The position numbers and the translations under genes are program-made. Shown one piece after another: positions 39,347-52,588 of a stretch of 64,000 nucleotides of DNA. A model generated the notes under the pieces. That model saw only the letters and a list, made by a program, of their open reading frames with translations, was not told the origin of the DNA and made no database searches. The DNA comes from Dehalococcoidia bacterium (GTDB lineage Bacteria; Chloroflexota; Dehalococcoidia; Bin125), in the NCBI GenBank assembly GCA_963662615.2, contig CAXXSR010000002.1, positions 32,001-96,000 of the forward strand, read 5' to 3'. Numbering within the stretch: position 1 is the first letter of the stretch; each line of letters opens with the position of its first letter.

Positions 39347-41908
39347 ATGATCGAACACGCCGACCCAGCCGGGCCGAATGTGCTTACGCAAGAGGAGGCG
39401 GCTCAACGAGTCCGCCAGATCAGCGAGGTGGAATACGACCTCGCGCTTTCGCTCCGGGCCGGGGCGACCGGCTATGAAGGCGACGCCACGCTCCGCTTCC
39501 GGCACACGAGCCCATCGGCGGGAACGGTCCTCGACTTCACCGGCAAGGAGATCATCCGCCTCGCCATCAACGACGACGAAGTTACCGAGGCGCGCTGGGC
39601 ACGGAACCGGCTCCATCTGCCGGGCGACCGTCTACGCGAGCAGAACATCGTCCGCATCGTCTATCGCAATGAGTACGACCACACGGGAGTGGGCCTGCAT
39701 CAGTTCGTCGATCCGGAAGACGGCCAGGAGTACCTCTACACACAATTTGAGCCGTATGAGGCGCACCGGCTGCTGCCCTGCTTCGACCAGCCCGATATCA
39801 AGGCGCGTTACCGCCTCCGCGTGGCCGCCCCGGCGGACTGGGTCGTGGTCACGAACTACCCCGAGGCGGCGAGAGGGCCGGCCGATGAGGGCCGCACGGC
39901 GCGGGAGTTCGAGCAGACGGCGAAGTTCAGCCCCTACCTTCTTGCCCTCGTCGTGGGACCGTTCCGCCGGTTCGACGATCGCTACCGCGACGTCCCGCTG
40001 GCCGTCTACTGCCGGGAGTCGCTGGCGAGACACATGGACGCGGAGGAGTTCTTCGAGATCACCAAGCAGGGCTTGGGAGCCTTCGAGGAGTACTTCGACT
40101 ACCCCTACCCGTTCGCCAAGTACGATCAGCTCTTCGTGCCCGAGTTCAATTTCGGCGCCATGGAGAACGTCGGTTGCGTGACCTTCAGCGAGCGAATGAT
40201 CTTCCGCGATCCGCCCACGGAGCTGCAGCGCCTCAATCGTGCCGAGGTGGTGCTGCACGAGATGGCGCATATGTGGTTCGGCGACCTTGTCACCATGCGC
40301 TGGTGGAACGACCTCTGGCTGAATGAGAGCTTCGCCACATACATGGCCTACCTGGTCATGCACCAGGCGACGCGTTTTCGCGCCGGCGCCTGGCCGGCCT
40401 TCAACGCGCGCATGAAGGCCTGGGCGTACCGGCAGGACCAGCTGGTCACCACCCACCCGATCTCGGGAGAGGTGCCCGACACCGACGCCACCTTCCTCAA
40501 CTTTGACGGAATCACGTACGGCAAGGGCGCGTCCGTCCTCAAGCAGCTGGTGGCAGCCATTGGACCGGAGGGGTTCCGGGCGGGAATGCGCCACTACTTC
40601 CGCCGCTACGAATGGGGCAACACCACGCTGCAAGAGTTCCTGGGAGCGCTGGAAGAGGGATCGGGGCGTGACCTCGGGCAGTGGTCCGCGGTGTGGCTGG
40701 AGACAGCGGGGTTGAACACCTTGACGCCGGTCTGGAACCCCCGTGCAGGCGCCATCGATTCGTTCAGCATTGAGCAATCGGCGCCGGCGGATCATCCAAC
40801 CCTGCGGCCGCATCGGATCGAGCTGGCCGTCTTCGACGCCGACGCCGACGGCGCCCCAGTCCTGCGCGACGCCGTCCCGCTGGAGGTCGACGGTGCGCGC
40901 ACGGAGGTGGCGGCGCTGGCCGGGGCCGCCGCGCCGGCCGCCGTCTTTCCCAACTACGGCGATCACGCCTACACCAAAGTCGCGCTGGACGGCCGCTCCC
41001 TGACCTTCGTGCGTGAGCGGCTGGAGCGCTTCGACGATCCGCTCCTGCGGCTGCAGCTCTGGGGGACGCTCTGGGAGATGGTGCGGGACCAGCGCTTTCG
41101 CTCCACAGAGTACCTGGCGCTCGTGCGTGAGAAAGCGCCGCTGGAAGGAGAGCTGGAGCTGACCAGCACGATCCTGGGCAACGCGCACTTCGTGCTGGCA
41201 CGCTACCTGCCGGAGGCGCGGCGCCCGGCGGAAGCGGCGAAACTCTACGACCTTGCCTGGGAGCGGCTCTACGCCAGCGAGGAGCAGGACTTCCGCATCG
41301 TCTGGGCGCGGGCGGCCATCGCAGCGGCCGAGAACGAGGACGCGATCGTCAAACTGCTGGCGCTGGCCGACGAGGGGACCGGGATTGCGGGCTTCGAGCT
41401 GGACCAGGAGATGCGCTGGGGGCTGGTGATCAAGGCCGGCGCCTACGCCTTGCCGGACGCCGCCAAACGCCTGGCAGCGGAACAGGAGCGCGACGCCAGC
41501 GATCGCGGGGTGCGCGCGGGGGAGACCGCCCGCACTTCCGCACCGGACTCAGAGGTGAAGGCGGCGGGCTGGCATCGATTCACCAGCGATCGGGAGTCGT
41601 CACTGCACGTACTCCGTGCTGCGATGCAGGGGTTCTTCTGGCCGCATCAGACGGACCTGACGAAGGAGTACGTGGGGCGTTTCTTCAATGAAGTGCGCAA
41701 CGTCTTCCAGACGCGGGACAAGGATTTCGCGACCGCCTATTTCCACACGCTCTATCCGCACCACCTCCTCACGGAGGAGGTCACCGGCGGCACGGAGGAT
41801 CTGATCGGAACGCTCGCGCCGGACGAGCCGCTGTTGGACCGGAGCTTGCGGGAGGCGCTGGACGAAGTGCGACGGGCCGCTGCCTGTCGCGACTTCGCGG
41901 CGTCGTGA
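39347..41908 (+). CDS. pepN: Aminopeptidase N (M1)
   Basis: FDQPDIKA, GAMEN, HEMAH...WWNDLWLNESFA, FDGITYGKG. Confidence 0.96.
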   Translation: MIEHADPAGPNVLTQEEAAQRVRQISEVEYDLALSLRAGATGYEGDATLRFRHTSPSAGTVLDFTGKEIIRLAINDDEVTEARWARNRLHLPGDRLREQNIVRIVYRNEYDHTGVGLHQFVDPEDGQEYLYTQFEPYEAHRLLPCFDQPDIKARYRLRVAAPADWVVVTNYPEAARGPADEGRTAREFEQTAKFSPYLLALVVGPFRRFDDRYRDVPLAVYCRESLARHMDAEEFFEITKQGLGAFEEYFDYPYPFAKYDQLFVPEFNFGAMENVGCVTFSERMIFRDPPTELQRLNRAEVVLHEMAHMWFGDLVTMRWWNDLWLNESFATYMAYLVMHQATRFRAGAWPAFNARMKAWAYRQDQLVTTHPISGEVPDTDATFLNFDGITYGKGASVLKQLVAAIGPEGFRAGMRHYFRRYEWGNTTLQEFLGALEEGSGRDLGQWSAVWLETAGLNTLTPVWNPRAGAIDSFSIEQSAPADHPTLRPHRIELAVFDADADGAPVLRDAVPLEVDGARTEVAALAGAAAPAAVFPNYGDHAYTKVALDGRSLTFVRERLERFDDPLLRLQLWGTLWEMVRDQRFRSTEYLALVREKAPLEGELELTSTILGNAHFVLARYLPEARRPAEAAKLYDLAWERLYASEEQDFRIVWARAAIAAAENEDAIVKLLALADEGTGIAGFELDQEMRWGLVIKAGAYALPDAAKRLAAEQERDASDRGVRAGETARTSAPDSEVKAAGWHRFTSDRESSLHVLRAAMQGFFWPHQTDLTKEYVGRFFNEVRNVFQTRDKDFATAYFHTLYPHHLLTEEVTGGTEDLIGTLAPDEPLLDRSLREALDEVRRAAACRDFAAS

Positions 41909-42035
41909 CGGGGGAGCGCCTGCAGTCCAACCGCATCGGGGCCGCCCTTCGCCGTCGAGATGAACGGAATTGAAGGCGCTAGGGCCGGCGGCGGCGATAC
42001 CATGACGGTGAAGGGCAAACGGACACGCCGCACTC

Positions 42036-42788
42036 ATGGATCGCTTCCCCGACACCTCCTGGGACCCCGATCGGCCGGACGTCGCCACGTTGCTGGCCGG
42101 GGCCCGGGTACGCGACACGGGACAGATCGCCGAGGCTTCTAATTACGTCTTCCTGCTGGCGCTAGAGGACGACGAAGCGGGCCTGGGTTACGCGGTCTAC
42201 AAGCCGCTGCGGGGCGAGTCGCCCCTCTGGGACTTTCCGCCGGCCCTCTATAAGCGGGAGGTGGCAAGCTACCTGGTCAGTCAGGCGCTCGGCTGGGGCC
42301 TGATCCCGCCCACCGTCGCCCGCGCCGACGGGCTGGAGCACGGCGTCGGCTCCCTCCAGCTCTACATCGCCGTCGATCATCGCTGCACCTACTTCGACCT
42401 GCGCGATGCGCACGCGGAGACCATGCAGCGCATCGCCACGTTCGACTGGCTCACGAATAACGCGGACCGCAAGGGCGGGCACGTCGTGCTGGACGCGCGC
42501 GGGCGGGTCTGGGGCATTGACAACGCCCTCACGTTCCACACGGAGGAAAAGCTGCGCACGGTGATCTGGGATTACGCCGGCGAAGCGGTCCCGGAGGCGC
42601 TGCTGGCCGACGTCGGCGCCCTCGTCGCACGGCTGCAAGGCGACTCCGAGCTGCAGCGCGATCTTGGCCAATTCCTGGATCCCAGCGAACTGGCGATGCT
42701 GGAGCGGCGGGGGCAGGCGATCCTTGACACGCCGCGCCTCCCGCATCCGCCTCAGGGGCGCCGCCCCTATCCCTGGCCGCTTATTTAG
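42036..42788 (+). CDS. SCO1664-family PI3/PI4-kinase-like protein
   Basis: ASN, AVYKP..GESPLWDFP, REVASY, NNADRKGGH, GIDN, KLRTVIW, PWPLI. Confidence 0.9.
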   Translation: MDRFPDTSWDPDRPDVATLLAGARVRDTGQIAEASNYVFLLALEDDEAGLGYAVYKPLRGESPLWDFPPALYKREVASYLVSQALGWGLIPPTVARADGLEHGVGSLQLYIAVDHRCTYFDLRDAHAETMQRIATFDWLTNNADRKGGHVVLDARGRVWGIDNALTFHTEEKLRTVIWDYAGEAVPEALLADVGALVARLQGDSELQRDLGQFLDPSELAMLERRGQAILDTPRLPHPPQGRRPYPWPLI

Positions 42789-42914
42789 CGAGCGCGGCGA
42801 GAGGAGCGAGCTGCGAGACGTTCCCTCGCCGCGCTCAATGCGCGGCCGCACCACTGCGTTTGATCGGTGCCAAGGCGGCTCCGCCGTGCGGCGACGGCGA
42901 TGGCAGAACTCCAC

Positions 42915-43658
42915 CTACTCGTCGCGGGAGTTGCGGACGAGGATCTGGCCCGGGCCGCCCTCCACGGGGATGCGCTTCAGGGCCAGCGCGATGCGATTCT
43001 CGGCGTCGAGGGCAGCCCAGTACGTAGCAAGGACGCTCTCGACGTTGCCGTCGAGGGGGAGCCAGAGGGGGTCGCCGCGGAAGCTGGGGAGCGGGGCGCC
43101 ATCTGACTGGTAGGTCGTGAGGCAGAGGCCGTAGCCGGGAGGCGGCAGAGCGGGCCGGAAGGTGGTGCGGTCCGTGAGGCCGAGATCGGCCTCGTTGGCG
43201 CGAAGGATGCTCAGGGCGATGCGCGGCGCGACCCCGTGCGGACGGCCGCGCAGGTCAATGACACCGCCAATGCGGGAGGTGTAGTGGGGCGGATCATCCT
43301 CGCGCTCCCGGCTGGCCAGCGCCTCCTCGAAGTCGCCGCCGCCGCCGATGCTGTCGACGATCGTGCGGGTGTGGTCGCCGTTCGTCACGACATAGACGTC
43401 GGGCAGCTCCCGCATCGCTTCGTAGATGATGAGTTCGGGATCGGCGACGGTGGTGACATCGATGGGCTCGGTACGCAGCGTGGTGCCCGCCACGACGAAG
43501 CGGCGGTTGCGGCTGTTCTCGCTGCGTCCCATGATCCAGTAGAGCTGGATCCAAGCGTCGCCGTCGGCGGCGCGGCCTAGGACAAGGCCGCGACCGGGAT
43601 AGCGGTTGTCGCGCAGGTGGCGGTGGAAGTTTCCTTGGGCCGTGGCCGCCAGGTCCAT
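42915..43658 (-). CDS. Stand-alone IMP cyclohydrolase family protein
   Basis: YPGRGL, YWIMGRSENSRNR, LIIY, VTNGDHT, D.PHYTSRI; follows purH. Confidence 0.9.
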   Translation of the reverse strand: MDLAATAQGNFHRHLRDNRYPGRGLVLGRAADGDAWIQLYWIMGRSENSRNRRFVVAGTTLRTEPIDVTTVADPELIIYEAMRELPDVYVVTNGDHTRTIVDSIGGGGDFEEALASREREDDPPHYTSRIGGVIDLRGRPHGVAPRIALSILRANEADLGLTDRTTFRPALPPPGYGLCLTTYQSDGAPLPSFRGDPLWLPLDGNVESVLATYWAALDAENRIALALKRIPVEGGPGQILVRNSRDE

Positions 43659-43679
43659 CGCTAGACTCCCATCACTGCC

Positions 43680-44855
43680 TCAGTGGCGAAAGAGCCGGAG
43701 GCCGGAGAAGGCCATGACCATGCCGTACTGGTTGGCGGCCTCGATCACGCCCCCATCGGCGACGGAGCCGCCGGGCTGGAGCACATACTGCACCGCGCTG
43801 GCCTGGGCGCGGTCAACATTGTCCCGGAAGGGAATGAAGGCGTCGTGGCTGAGCACGGCGCTGAAGCCGCCGATCCATTCGCGCCGCTCAATGGCGCCCA
43901 GGGGCTTGACGCCGGTCACGCGCAGGAGGCTCCGGAGGTGGCGGCGCTCGGCCGGGGAAAGATCAGCGTAGGCGATGAACTGCTCGCGGGCGGTGAAGCG
44001 ATCGGGCCGCTTCAGACGCTCTTGGAACGGCAGGTCAAGGATGCGTGGGTGCTGTTGCAGCATCCAGCGGTCGGCCTTGGCGCAAGCGATGCGCGTGCAG
44101 TGAATCCGCGATTGTTGTCCGGCGCCCATCCCGATGACCTGTCCGTCGGCCGCAACGCAGACCGAGTTTGACTGGGCGTAACGCAGCGCGACGGTCGCGA
44201 CCATGAGGTCGCGGACGGCTTCGGGCGGAACGGCGGTGCGCTTGGTGACCACGTTTTGCAACAGGGCGGGCGTGATGGGGGCGGCGTCGCGGGGCTGCTC
44301 CAGGACCAGGCCGAAGCAGTCGCGCCGCTCCCGCTCGGACGGTTCGTACGAGGGGTCCACCTCAAGCGCGACGTAGGCGCCGCCCCGCTTCTGGCGGAGC
44401 ACGTCCAGGGCAGCGGGCTCATAGCCGGGGGCAATGATGCCGTCCGACACCTCGCGCCGCAGGACCTCGGCCAGCGACGTGTCCACCACCTCGCTGACGG
44501 CGGCGAAGTCGCCGTAGGCCGACACCAGGTCGCCGCCGCGGGCACGGACGTAGGCGCAGGCAATGGCAGAGAGTTCGCGGCCCCCGACCTCGTAGGCGTG
44601 CTCAAGCGGCTCGCTCAAGGGGAGGCCGATCGCCGCGCCGGCGGGACTGACGTGCTTGAAGCTGGTCGCCGCGGGCGTGCCGGTCGCGGCGCGGAGTTCG
44701 CGCACGAGCTGCCAGCCGCTGAGGGCGTCGAGGAGGTTGATATAGCCTGGGGCGCCGTTGCGGACTCGGATCGGGCTGTCGCCGTCCTCCACATACGCGC
44801 GTGCCGGTTGCATGTGGGGGTTGAGGCCGTAGCGCAGCTTGATCTCGGCGGCCAT
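43680..44855 (-). CDS. purH: AICAR formyltransferase (short PurH, no MGS-like cyclohydrolase domain)
   Basis: LRYGLNPH, GYINLLDA, SFKHVSPAGAA, QSNSV, GAGQQSRIHC, DAFIPFRD, QPGGS, RLFRH. Confidence 0.93.
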   Translation of the reverse strand: MAAEIKLRYGLNPHMQPARAYVEDGDSPIRVRNGAPGYINLLDALSGWQLVRELRAATGTPAATSFKHVSPAGAAIGLPLSEPLEHAYEVGGRELSAIACAYVRARGGDLVSAYGDFAAVSEVVDTSLAEVLRREVSDGIIAPGYEPAALDVLRQKRGGAYVALEVDPSYEPSERERRDCFGLVLEQPRDAAPITPALLQNVVTKRTAVPPEAVRDLMVATVALRYAQSNSVCVAADGQVIGMGAGQQSRIHCTRIACAKADRWMLQQHPRILDLPFQERLKRPDRFTAREQFIAYADLSPAERRHLRSLLRVTGVKPLGAIERREWIGGFSAVLSHDAFIPFRDNVDRAQASAVQYVLQPGGSVADGGVIEAANQYGMVMAFSGLRLFRH

Positions 44856-44994
44856 GCCCTGCTCTCCCCGACGCTGAGGGTGGCCCAGTGGCTGGCCCCT
44901 GGAACCCTCCGTCCATTGCCTAGCGACCCCGCGGCGCGGCGTCAACCGTCGCCGCCGGCACGGTGTGGAGAACCTGGCTGGGGCCGCGGCGCGA

Positions 44995-45876
44995 TCAGCC
45001 CAGGAGATCCTGCAACGCGCCTTCCAGAGTGGGATGGCGGAAGGTGTAGCCCGACGCCTGCGTCCGCTGTGGGAGGGCGCGCTGGCTCGCCATCAGGACC
45101 ACGGGCACGACCTCGCCCAGAGCGAGCCGGAGGGCCAGAGGCGGGACGGGCAGAATGGCGGGGCGGTGCAGGACCCGGCCGAGCGCCTTGGTGAAGGCGG
45201 CGTTGGTGACCGGCTGGGGCGCCGTCACGTTCAGCGGCCCCGAGACGGAGTCGTTGTCAAGGGCGTGGAGGATGACGCCGACGACGTCGTCAAGGTGAAC
45301 CCAGGCCATGTAGTGGCGCCCCCGACCCAAGGGACCGCCCACCCCGAAGCGGAAAGGCCGAGCGAGGCGAGGCAGCGCGCCGCCGTCCCGCGCCAGCACC
45401 ACGCCGTTGCGAAGCAGCACGGTGCGCACGCCTGACGGCCCCGCGGCCGCCTCCCACTCCTGGCAGAGCCGCGCCAGGAAGTCGGCGCCGGGCGGGGAGC
45501 TCTCCGTGAGCTCCTCATCGCCGCGGGATCCGTAGTAGCCCACGGCCGATGTCGAGACGAGCACGCTTGGCTTTGCGGTCGCCGTTCGAATCGCGTCCGC
45601 CAGGCGTTGCGCCGTGCCAATGCGGCTCTCCCGCAGCTCGCGCTTTCGCCTCGTCGACCAGCGCTTCGCGGCCAAGTCGGCGCCGGCCAGATGGACGGCA
45701 GCGTCCACCGCGGCGACGACGTCCTCGAGGTCGCCCCAGCCGGCCCAGCTGACGCCGTCGGCCTGCCGGGCCGCTGGGCTGCGGCTGATCCCCGTCACGG
45801 CGTCGCCACGCGCGATCAGCGCCTTGCTGAGGGCGCCACCGATCAGCCCACTGGCGCCGGTGACGAGCACGTGCAT
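44995..45876 (-). CDS. TIGR01777-family NAD-dependent epimerase (YfcH-like)
   Basis: VTGASGLIG, HLAG, SAVGYYG, CQEWE, WVHLDD, NVTAP.PVTN. Confidence 0.93.
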   Translation of the reverse strand: MHVLVTGASGLIGGALSKALIARGDAVTGISRSPAARQADGVSWAGWGDLEDVVAAVDAAVHLAGADLAAKRWSTRRKRELRESRIGTAQRLADAIRTATAKPSVLVSTSAVGYYGSRGDEELTESSPPGADFLARLCQEWEAAAGPSGVRTVLLRNGVVLARDGGALPRLARPFRFGVGGPLGRGRHYMAWVHLDDVVGVILHALDNDSVSGPLNVTAPQPVTNAAFTKALGRVLHRPAILPVPPLALRLALGEVVPVVLMASQRALPQRTQASGYTFRHPTLEGALQDLLG

Positions 45877-46054
45877 CTGTGTGTCCCTTCCCTGCCGCAC
45901 TCACCGAGTGAGGCTTCGCCAGGGTAGCGACGGCGGCAGGCGCCGTCACGGGGAGTGAGGGAGTGAGCGAGTCAGCGAGCTGCCCGGCGCGGAAGCGCCC
46001 CGCGGCCACGGGACGAAACACGCTGACCACGACCGCGCTCGCTCCGGCCGGGCA

Positions 46055-46627
46055 TCAGGAGCCGGGTGACGGGGCGTCCGGGGGATCGGGCGGGGGATCG
46101 GCAGGATCGTCGGGATCGGCTCGCGCGGGCGGCGCATCGGGGGACGGAGGCTCGTCGCCGGAACCGCTGTCGCCGCTATCGCCGGGCGGGTCGGGAGGGG
46201 CCGGTCCGGCCGCAGGTCCCTCGCTGGAGGCGTCGGGACCGCGACCCTCGGGCGTGAGGCCAAGGGCGCGGCCCAATTCGTCCGCAGTCGCCGGGTCCAA
46301 GCCGCTCAACTCGTGGAGCTGCCGGGCCATTTGATCAAGCTGCTCCTGCGTGACGCCCATGCTCTGCATGGTCTCGCGAACCAGGCGACGGACGTCATCC
46401 ATGTCCTGACGGATGAGAGCGTCGGCTAGCTCCAGCTGGGTCTCCACCGCGCGGAAGCCGGTGCGGCGGTCGGACTCTTCCATCTCCAGCAGGGTGGACA
46501 TGAGCCGGGTGAAAAGCGTGGTGGTCCGAGCGATGCGGATACGATCGTCGGGATGGGGCGGGAAGGTGCCGGTGACGGCGACCTCTACCCCCGTCCGCTT
46601 GTCGGCGGCGACGTACTGCTCCGGCAT
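46055..46627 (-). CDS. Hypothetical protein with Pro/Asp-rich disordered C-terminus
   Basis: Helical N-terminal domain, good high-GC codon usage, GGGAG RBS before ATG 46627. Confidence 0.75.
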   Translation of the reverse strand: MPEQYVAADKRTGVEVAVTGTFPPHPDDRIRIARTTTLFTRLMSTLLEMEESDRRTGFRAVETQLELADALIRQDMDDVRRLVRETMQSMGVTQEQLDQMARQLHELSGLDPATADELGRALGLTPEGRGPDASSEGPAAGPAPPDPPGDSGDSGSGDEPPSPDAPPARADPDDPADPPPDPPDAPSPGS

Positions 46628-46767
46628 CGCGCGCTCCCGCCCCACCGCCACCTGCGCCGCCTCAGGCGCACCTGCCTGCATCTTAGCCGTTGCGGCAGCG
46701 GGCACGAGCGCGGGTACCGGCCTGAGGGGAGGACCCCGGCCGGCGGCGACGCCCTATCCTGTTCCCC

Positions 46768-47556
46768 ATGACGGACGCGACCGGCCCGGCTTCGGGGACC
46801 GAGGGGCCGCTGAAGGCCTACGAAGATCTGGACTTTCTGCGCAGTGCCGATGCGCGCGTGATCCGCGTCATCGCGGAGCTGCTGGTGCCGCAGTACCGCC
46901 TTGAGGAGAAAGGCATTGAAGACACCATCGTTTTCTTCGGCTCGTCGCAGGCGCCGCCCGACGAGGAGCAGGCGAAGCACGTAGAGCAAGAGCGGCTCGC
47001 CGGTTACTACCGCGATGCGCGGGAGCTGGCGAACCGGCTGACCGTGTGGAGCCGCAACCGCCCGGATGGGCGCCAGTTCGTGGTCTGCAGCGGCGGCGGC
47101 CCGGGGATCATGGAGGCGGCGAATCGCGGCGCGCGCGACGCCGGAGGCCCGTCGATCGGCTTGGGGATCAGCATCCCGGTCGAGCAGGGGATCAATGACT
47201 ACGTCACGCCGGGACTGGCGTTCGAGTTTCACTACTTCTTCGTGCGCAAGTTCTGGTTCGTCTACAACGCGAAGGCGTTAGTGTTCTTTCCCGGCGGGTT
47301 CGGCACCATGGATGAGCTGATGGAAGTGCTCACGTTGGTGCAGACGCAGAAGGTGCGCAAGAAGATGGGCATCGTGCTCTACGGCCGGGACTTTTGGACC
47401 TCCGTGCTGAACTTCGACGTGCTGGTCGCCCACGGCGTGATCTCACGGGAGGACCGCGAGCTGTTCGTCATCGCTGACGATGTCACCGACGCTTTCAACC
47501 GGATCTGCTCGTTCCTGGAGGAGAACTACGGCCCCAGTCTGCTGGAAGAGCAGTAG
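46768..47556 (+). CDS. LOG-family (TIGR00730) nucleotide phosphoribohydrolase
   Basis: FFGS, GGGPGIMEAANRGA, FHYFFVRK, PGGFGTMDE. Confidence 0.95.
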   Translation: MTDATGPASGTEGPLKAYEDLDFLRSADARVIRVIAELLVPQYRLEEKGIEDTIVFFGSSQAPPDEEQAKHVEQERLAGYYRDARELANRLTVWSRNRPDGRQFVVCSGGGPGIMEAANRGARDAGGPSIGLGISIPVEQGINDYVTPGLAFEFHYFFVRKFWFVYNAKALVFFPGGFGTMDELMEVLTLVQTQKVRKKMGIVLYGRDFWTSVLNFDVLVAHGVISREDRELFVIADDVTDAFNRICSFLEENYGPSLLEEQ

Positions 47557-47609
47557 GGGCAGCGCCGGCCACTGCCCCGCGGTCGGGCGGGCCCTTCTTC
47601 CGATCGTCT

Positions 47610-48560
47610 TCAGAGTGATGCCAAAAACGGGCGGATCGCGTCCAGGAAGCCGGGCGTGTTCTGGGTGTGGACGTTGTGCCCGCACTTGGGCACCGTCACG
47701 AGCGCGCCCGCGGGGAGTCGTCGCACGAACGCCTCCGCCGCCTTCGGTTCCAGGATGTTCGAGGATTCGCCGCGCACCACCAGCGTGGGGCAGCGGATCT
47801 CCGCGACCTTTTCCAGCGGGACGGGTGGATTGGTGCGGGCGCGGGCGGCGCGGAAGTCCGGATCGTGGAGGAGGCGGTCCGACTTGCTGATGTACTTGCC
47901 GTCCGCCCGCTGGATGAGGTTGTAGCGCGCCGTCCGCTGCATGTGCTCGCGCGAGCGGAAGGGGTCGTAACGGGCGACACGGTCGATGAACTCGTCAACG
48001 CTGTCGAACTCGACGTTGTGCGTGATGAACTTGGCGATAGCGGCGGCGCCCTGGGCCGAGATCTGCGGGCCGCTGTCCACAACGACAAGCGCTCTGAGGA
48101 GAGCCGGCTCTTTCAGGGCCAGCGACAGCGCCACGATGCCGCCCATGGAGTGTCCGATGACGATGGGCTCTTGCAGCCCTTCCGCCCGGACCAGCCCCAG
48201 GGCATCCTCCACCATGGCGCCGGTGCCGTAGTCGGCATCGCGGGCCCATTCGCTGTCGCCGTGGCCGCGCTGGTCGAGAGCGTAGACGTGGTGGCGATCG
48301 GCGAGGTGGAGGCTGACCAGGTCCCAGGAGTGCGCCGACTGATTGCTGCCGTGGAGGAGGAGGATGGGAGGCGCGGCGGCATCGCCCCATTCCAGGAAAT
48401 GCAGACGCAGCTGGTTGATCACGGCGTTGCGCGACACGTAGCGAATGTGCGGCGAGTGCGCGATGCCCAGATCCGAGGCGCTCTGGCGCAGGCTCACGAA
48501 CTCGTCGAATTGCGTCATGTCGAGCGGCTCGGCATCGGCGGCGAATTCGCTGAGAGGCAT
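47610..48560 (-). CDS. Alpha/beta hydrolase
   Basis: LLHG, DQRGHGDS, GHSMGG nucleophile elbow, GHNVH. Confidence 0.94.
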   Translation of the reverse strand: MPLSEFAADAEPLDMTQFDEFVSLRQSASDLGIAHSPHIRYVSRNAVINQLRLHFLEWGDAAAPPILLLHGSNQSAHSWDLVSLHLADRHHVYALDQRGHGDSEWARDADYGTGAMVEDALGLVRAEGLQEPIVIGHSMGGIVALSLALKEPALLRALVVVDSGPQISAQGAAAIAKFITHNVEFDSVDEFIDRVARYDPFRSREHMQRTARYNLIQRADGKYISKSDRLLHDPDFRAARARTNPPVPLEKVAEIRCPTLVVRGESSNILEPKAAEAFVRRLPAGALVTVPKCGHNVHTQNTPGFLDAIRPFLASL

Positions 48561-48753
48561 CCGCCCTCCCCCGTGAGGGCCTCGCGGACGCAATGCGTCC
48601 GGCTGCGGTCCTGGGGCTGCAGGATACAGGGCGATCCGCTCCGCGCGGCGCGCCAGGCGGACATCGCGGCGGCGATCGCGGATGTGTTAGCGTTCGGGAT
48701 GAGGGGGCACGGAGGTGACCAGGCTGCTGCCTCGACTGGGCCGGGACCGATCG

Positions 48754-51322
<2,569 letters not shown>

Positions 51323-51465
51323 TCTTGGCGGCTAGATCTTCCTTCGAGTGGCGCCTCCGGCGTGGCGGCGAGGGGGGCGGCCTCCAGCGCGCCTGCGGCC
51401 CCGTGCGGTCGGACCCGCGCGCCCTTGGCAGAGGGCGCAAGTGGTATCCTGCCGGTACTTTCGTA

Positions 51466-51511
51466 GCCAACGCGGCCTTAGCCAATGCGGCCTTGGCCAC
51501 TGTGGTTCTTA
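51466..51511. repeat. Intergenic 15-bp tandem repeat (3 degenerate copies)
   Basis: GCCAACGCGGCCTTA / GCCAATGCGGCCTTG / GCCACTGTGGTTCTTA. Confidence 0.65.
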
Positions 51512-51625
51512 GCCCATGTGGCAAAGCGTCGACGTCCCAGGGGGGCGACGGGCACGAACTGACGTGGGCGCCGCACCACTGGGTTCGACCATGAGCAGTT
51601 GAGCCATGGAGAAAGGAGGGGAGCG

Positions 51626-52558
51626 ATGCCCCTGACCCCGGAGACAGAAGCGATGCTGAAGGAAGCAGCGGCGTCGGGCATGCGCCCCTACCAGGACCTG
51701 TCGGTGGAGGAAGCGCGCGCGCAGATCCGTAAGGTCTTCGCCCAGCGCGGTCCAGGGGAACCGGTGGCGCATGTGGAGAATCGGACGATTCCCGGTCCCG
51801 CCGGCGAGATCCCGGTTCGGGTCTACCGCCCGGACGGCAGCCCCCCCTTCCCGACGCTGGTCTACTTTCACGGGAGCGGCTTCGTCATCGCCGATCTGGA
51901 TACGCACGACCCCATCTGCCGCAGCCTGACGAACTCCTCCGGCTGCGCGCTGGTGTCCGTGGACTACCGCCTGGCGCCGGAGCACCCGTACCCGGCCGCG
52001 CCCGAGGACTGCTACGCCGCCACGCAGTGGGTCGCGGAGCACGGCAGCGAGATCGGCGCCGACGGGTCACGCATCGCCGTGGGAGGCGACAGCGCCGGCG
52101 GCAACTTGGCCGCGGTCGTGGCCCTGATGGCGCGCGAGCGCGGCGGACCGCCGATCGAGGCGCAGATCCTGATCTACCCCGTGACAGACCACAACTTCAC
52201 GACGCCGTCATACCGCGACAACGCCGAGGGATACGGGCTGGGCGCGGGCACCATGCGGTGGTTCTGGGGGCACTACTTGGCGAACGAGGCGGACGGAGCG
52301 GAGCCCTATGCATCGCCCCTGCGCGCGTCGGACCTGAGTGGCCTGCCGCCCGCGCACGTGGTCACCGCCGAATACGATCCGCTGCGCGACGAAGGCGAGG
52401 CCTACGCCGAGCGGCTCAAGCAGGCGGGCGTCCGTACCACCTCCGTCCGCTACAACGGGGTCGTGCACGGCTTCTTCGGCGCCATGAACCAGATCCCGGA
52501 CGCGCGCGAGGCGATCGCGACAACAGCGGCGGCACTGCAAAAGGCGCTGCACGCCTAG
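51626..52558 (+). CDS. HSL-family (family IV) esterase, copy 1
   Basis: HGSG, DYRLAPEH, GDSAGG, EYDPLRDEG, HGF. Confidence 0.96.
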   Translation: MPLTPETEAMLKEAAASGMRPYQDLSVEEARAQIRKVFAQRGPGEPVAHVENRTIPGPAGEIPVRVYRPDGSPPFPTLVYFHGSGFVIADLDTHDPICRSLTNSSGCALVSVDYRLAPEHPYPAAPEDCYAATQWVAEHGSEIGADGSRIAVGGDSAGGNLAAVVALMARERGGPPIEAQILIYPVTDHNFTTPSYRDNAEGYGLGAGTMRWFWGHYLANEADGAEPYASPLRASDLSGLPPAHVVTAEYDPLRDEGEAYAERLKQAGVRTTSVRYNGVVHGFFGAMNQIPDAREAIATTAAALQKALHA

Positions 52559-52588
52559 GTCCGCGCGAGCGAGGACGGAGATCCGGCA

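Noticed and set aside
9606-41188. Long antisense or alternate-frame ORFs such as 9606..11012, 18360..19781, 29406..31223, 37492..39009 and 39632..41188
   Set aside because: They shadow well-supported genes; long open antisense frames are expected from high-GC codon bias.
44856-44994. ZTP (pfl) riboswitch upstream of purH
   Set aside because: The conserved GACUGGCG...CGCCUGGGC pseudoknot pair is not present.
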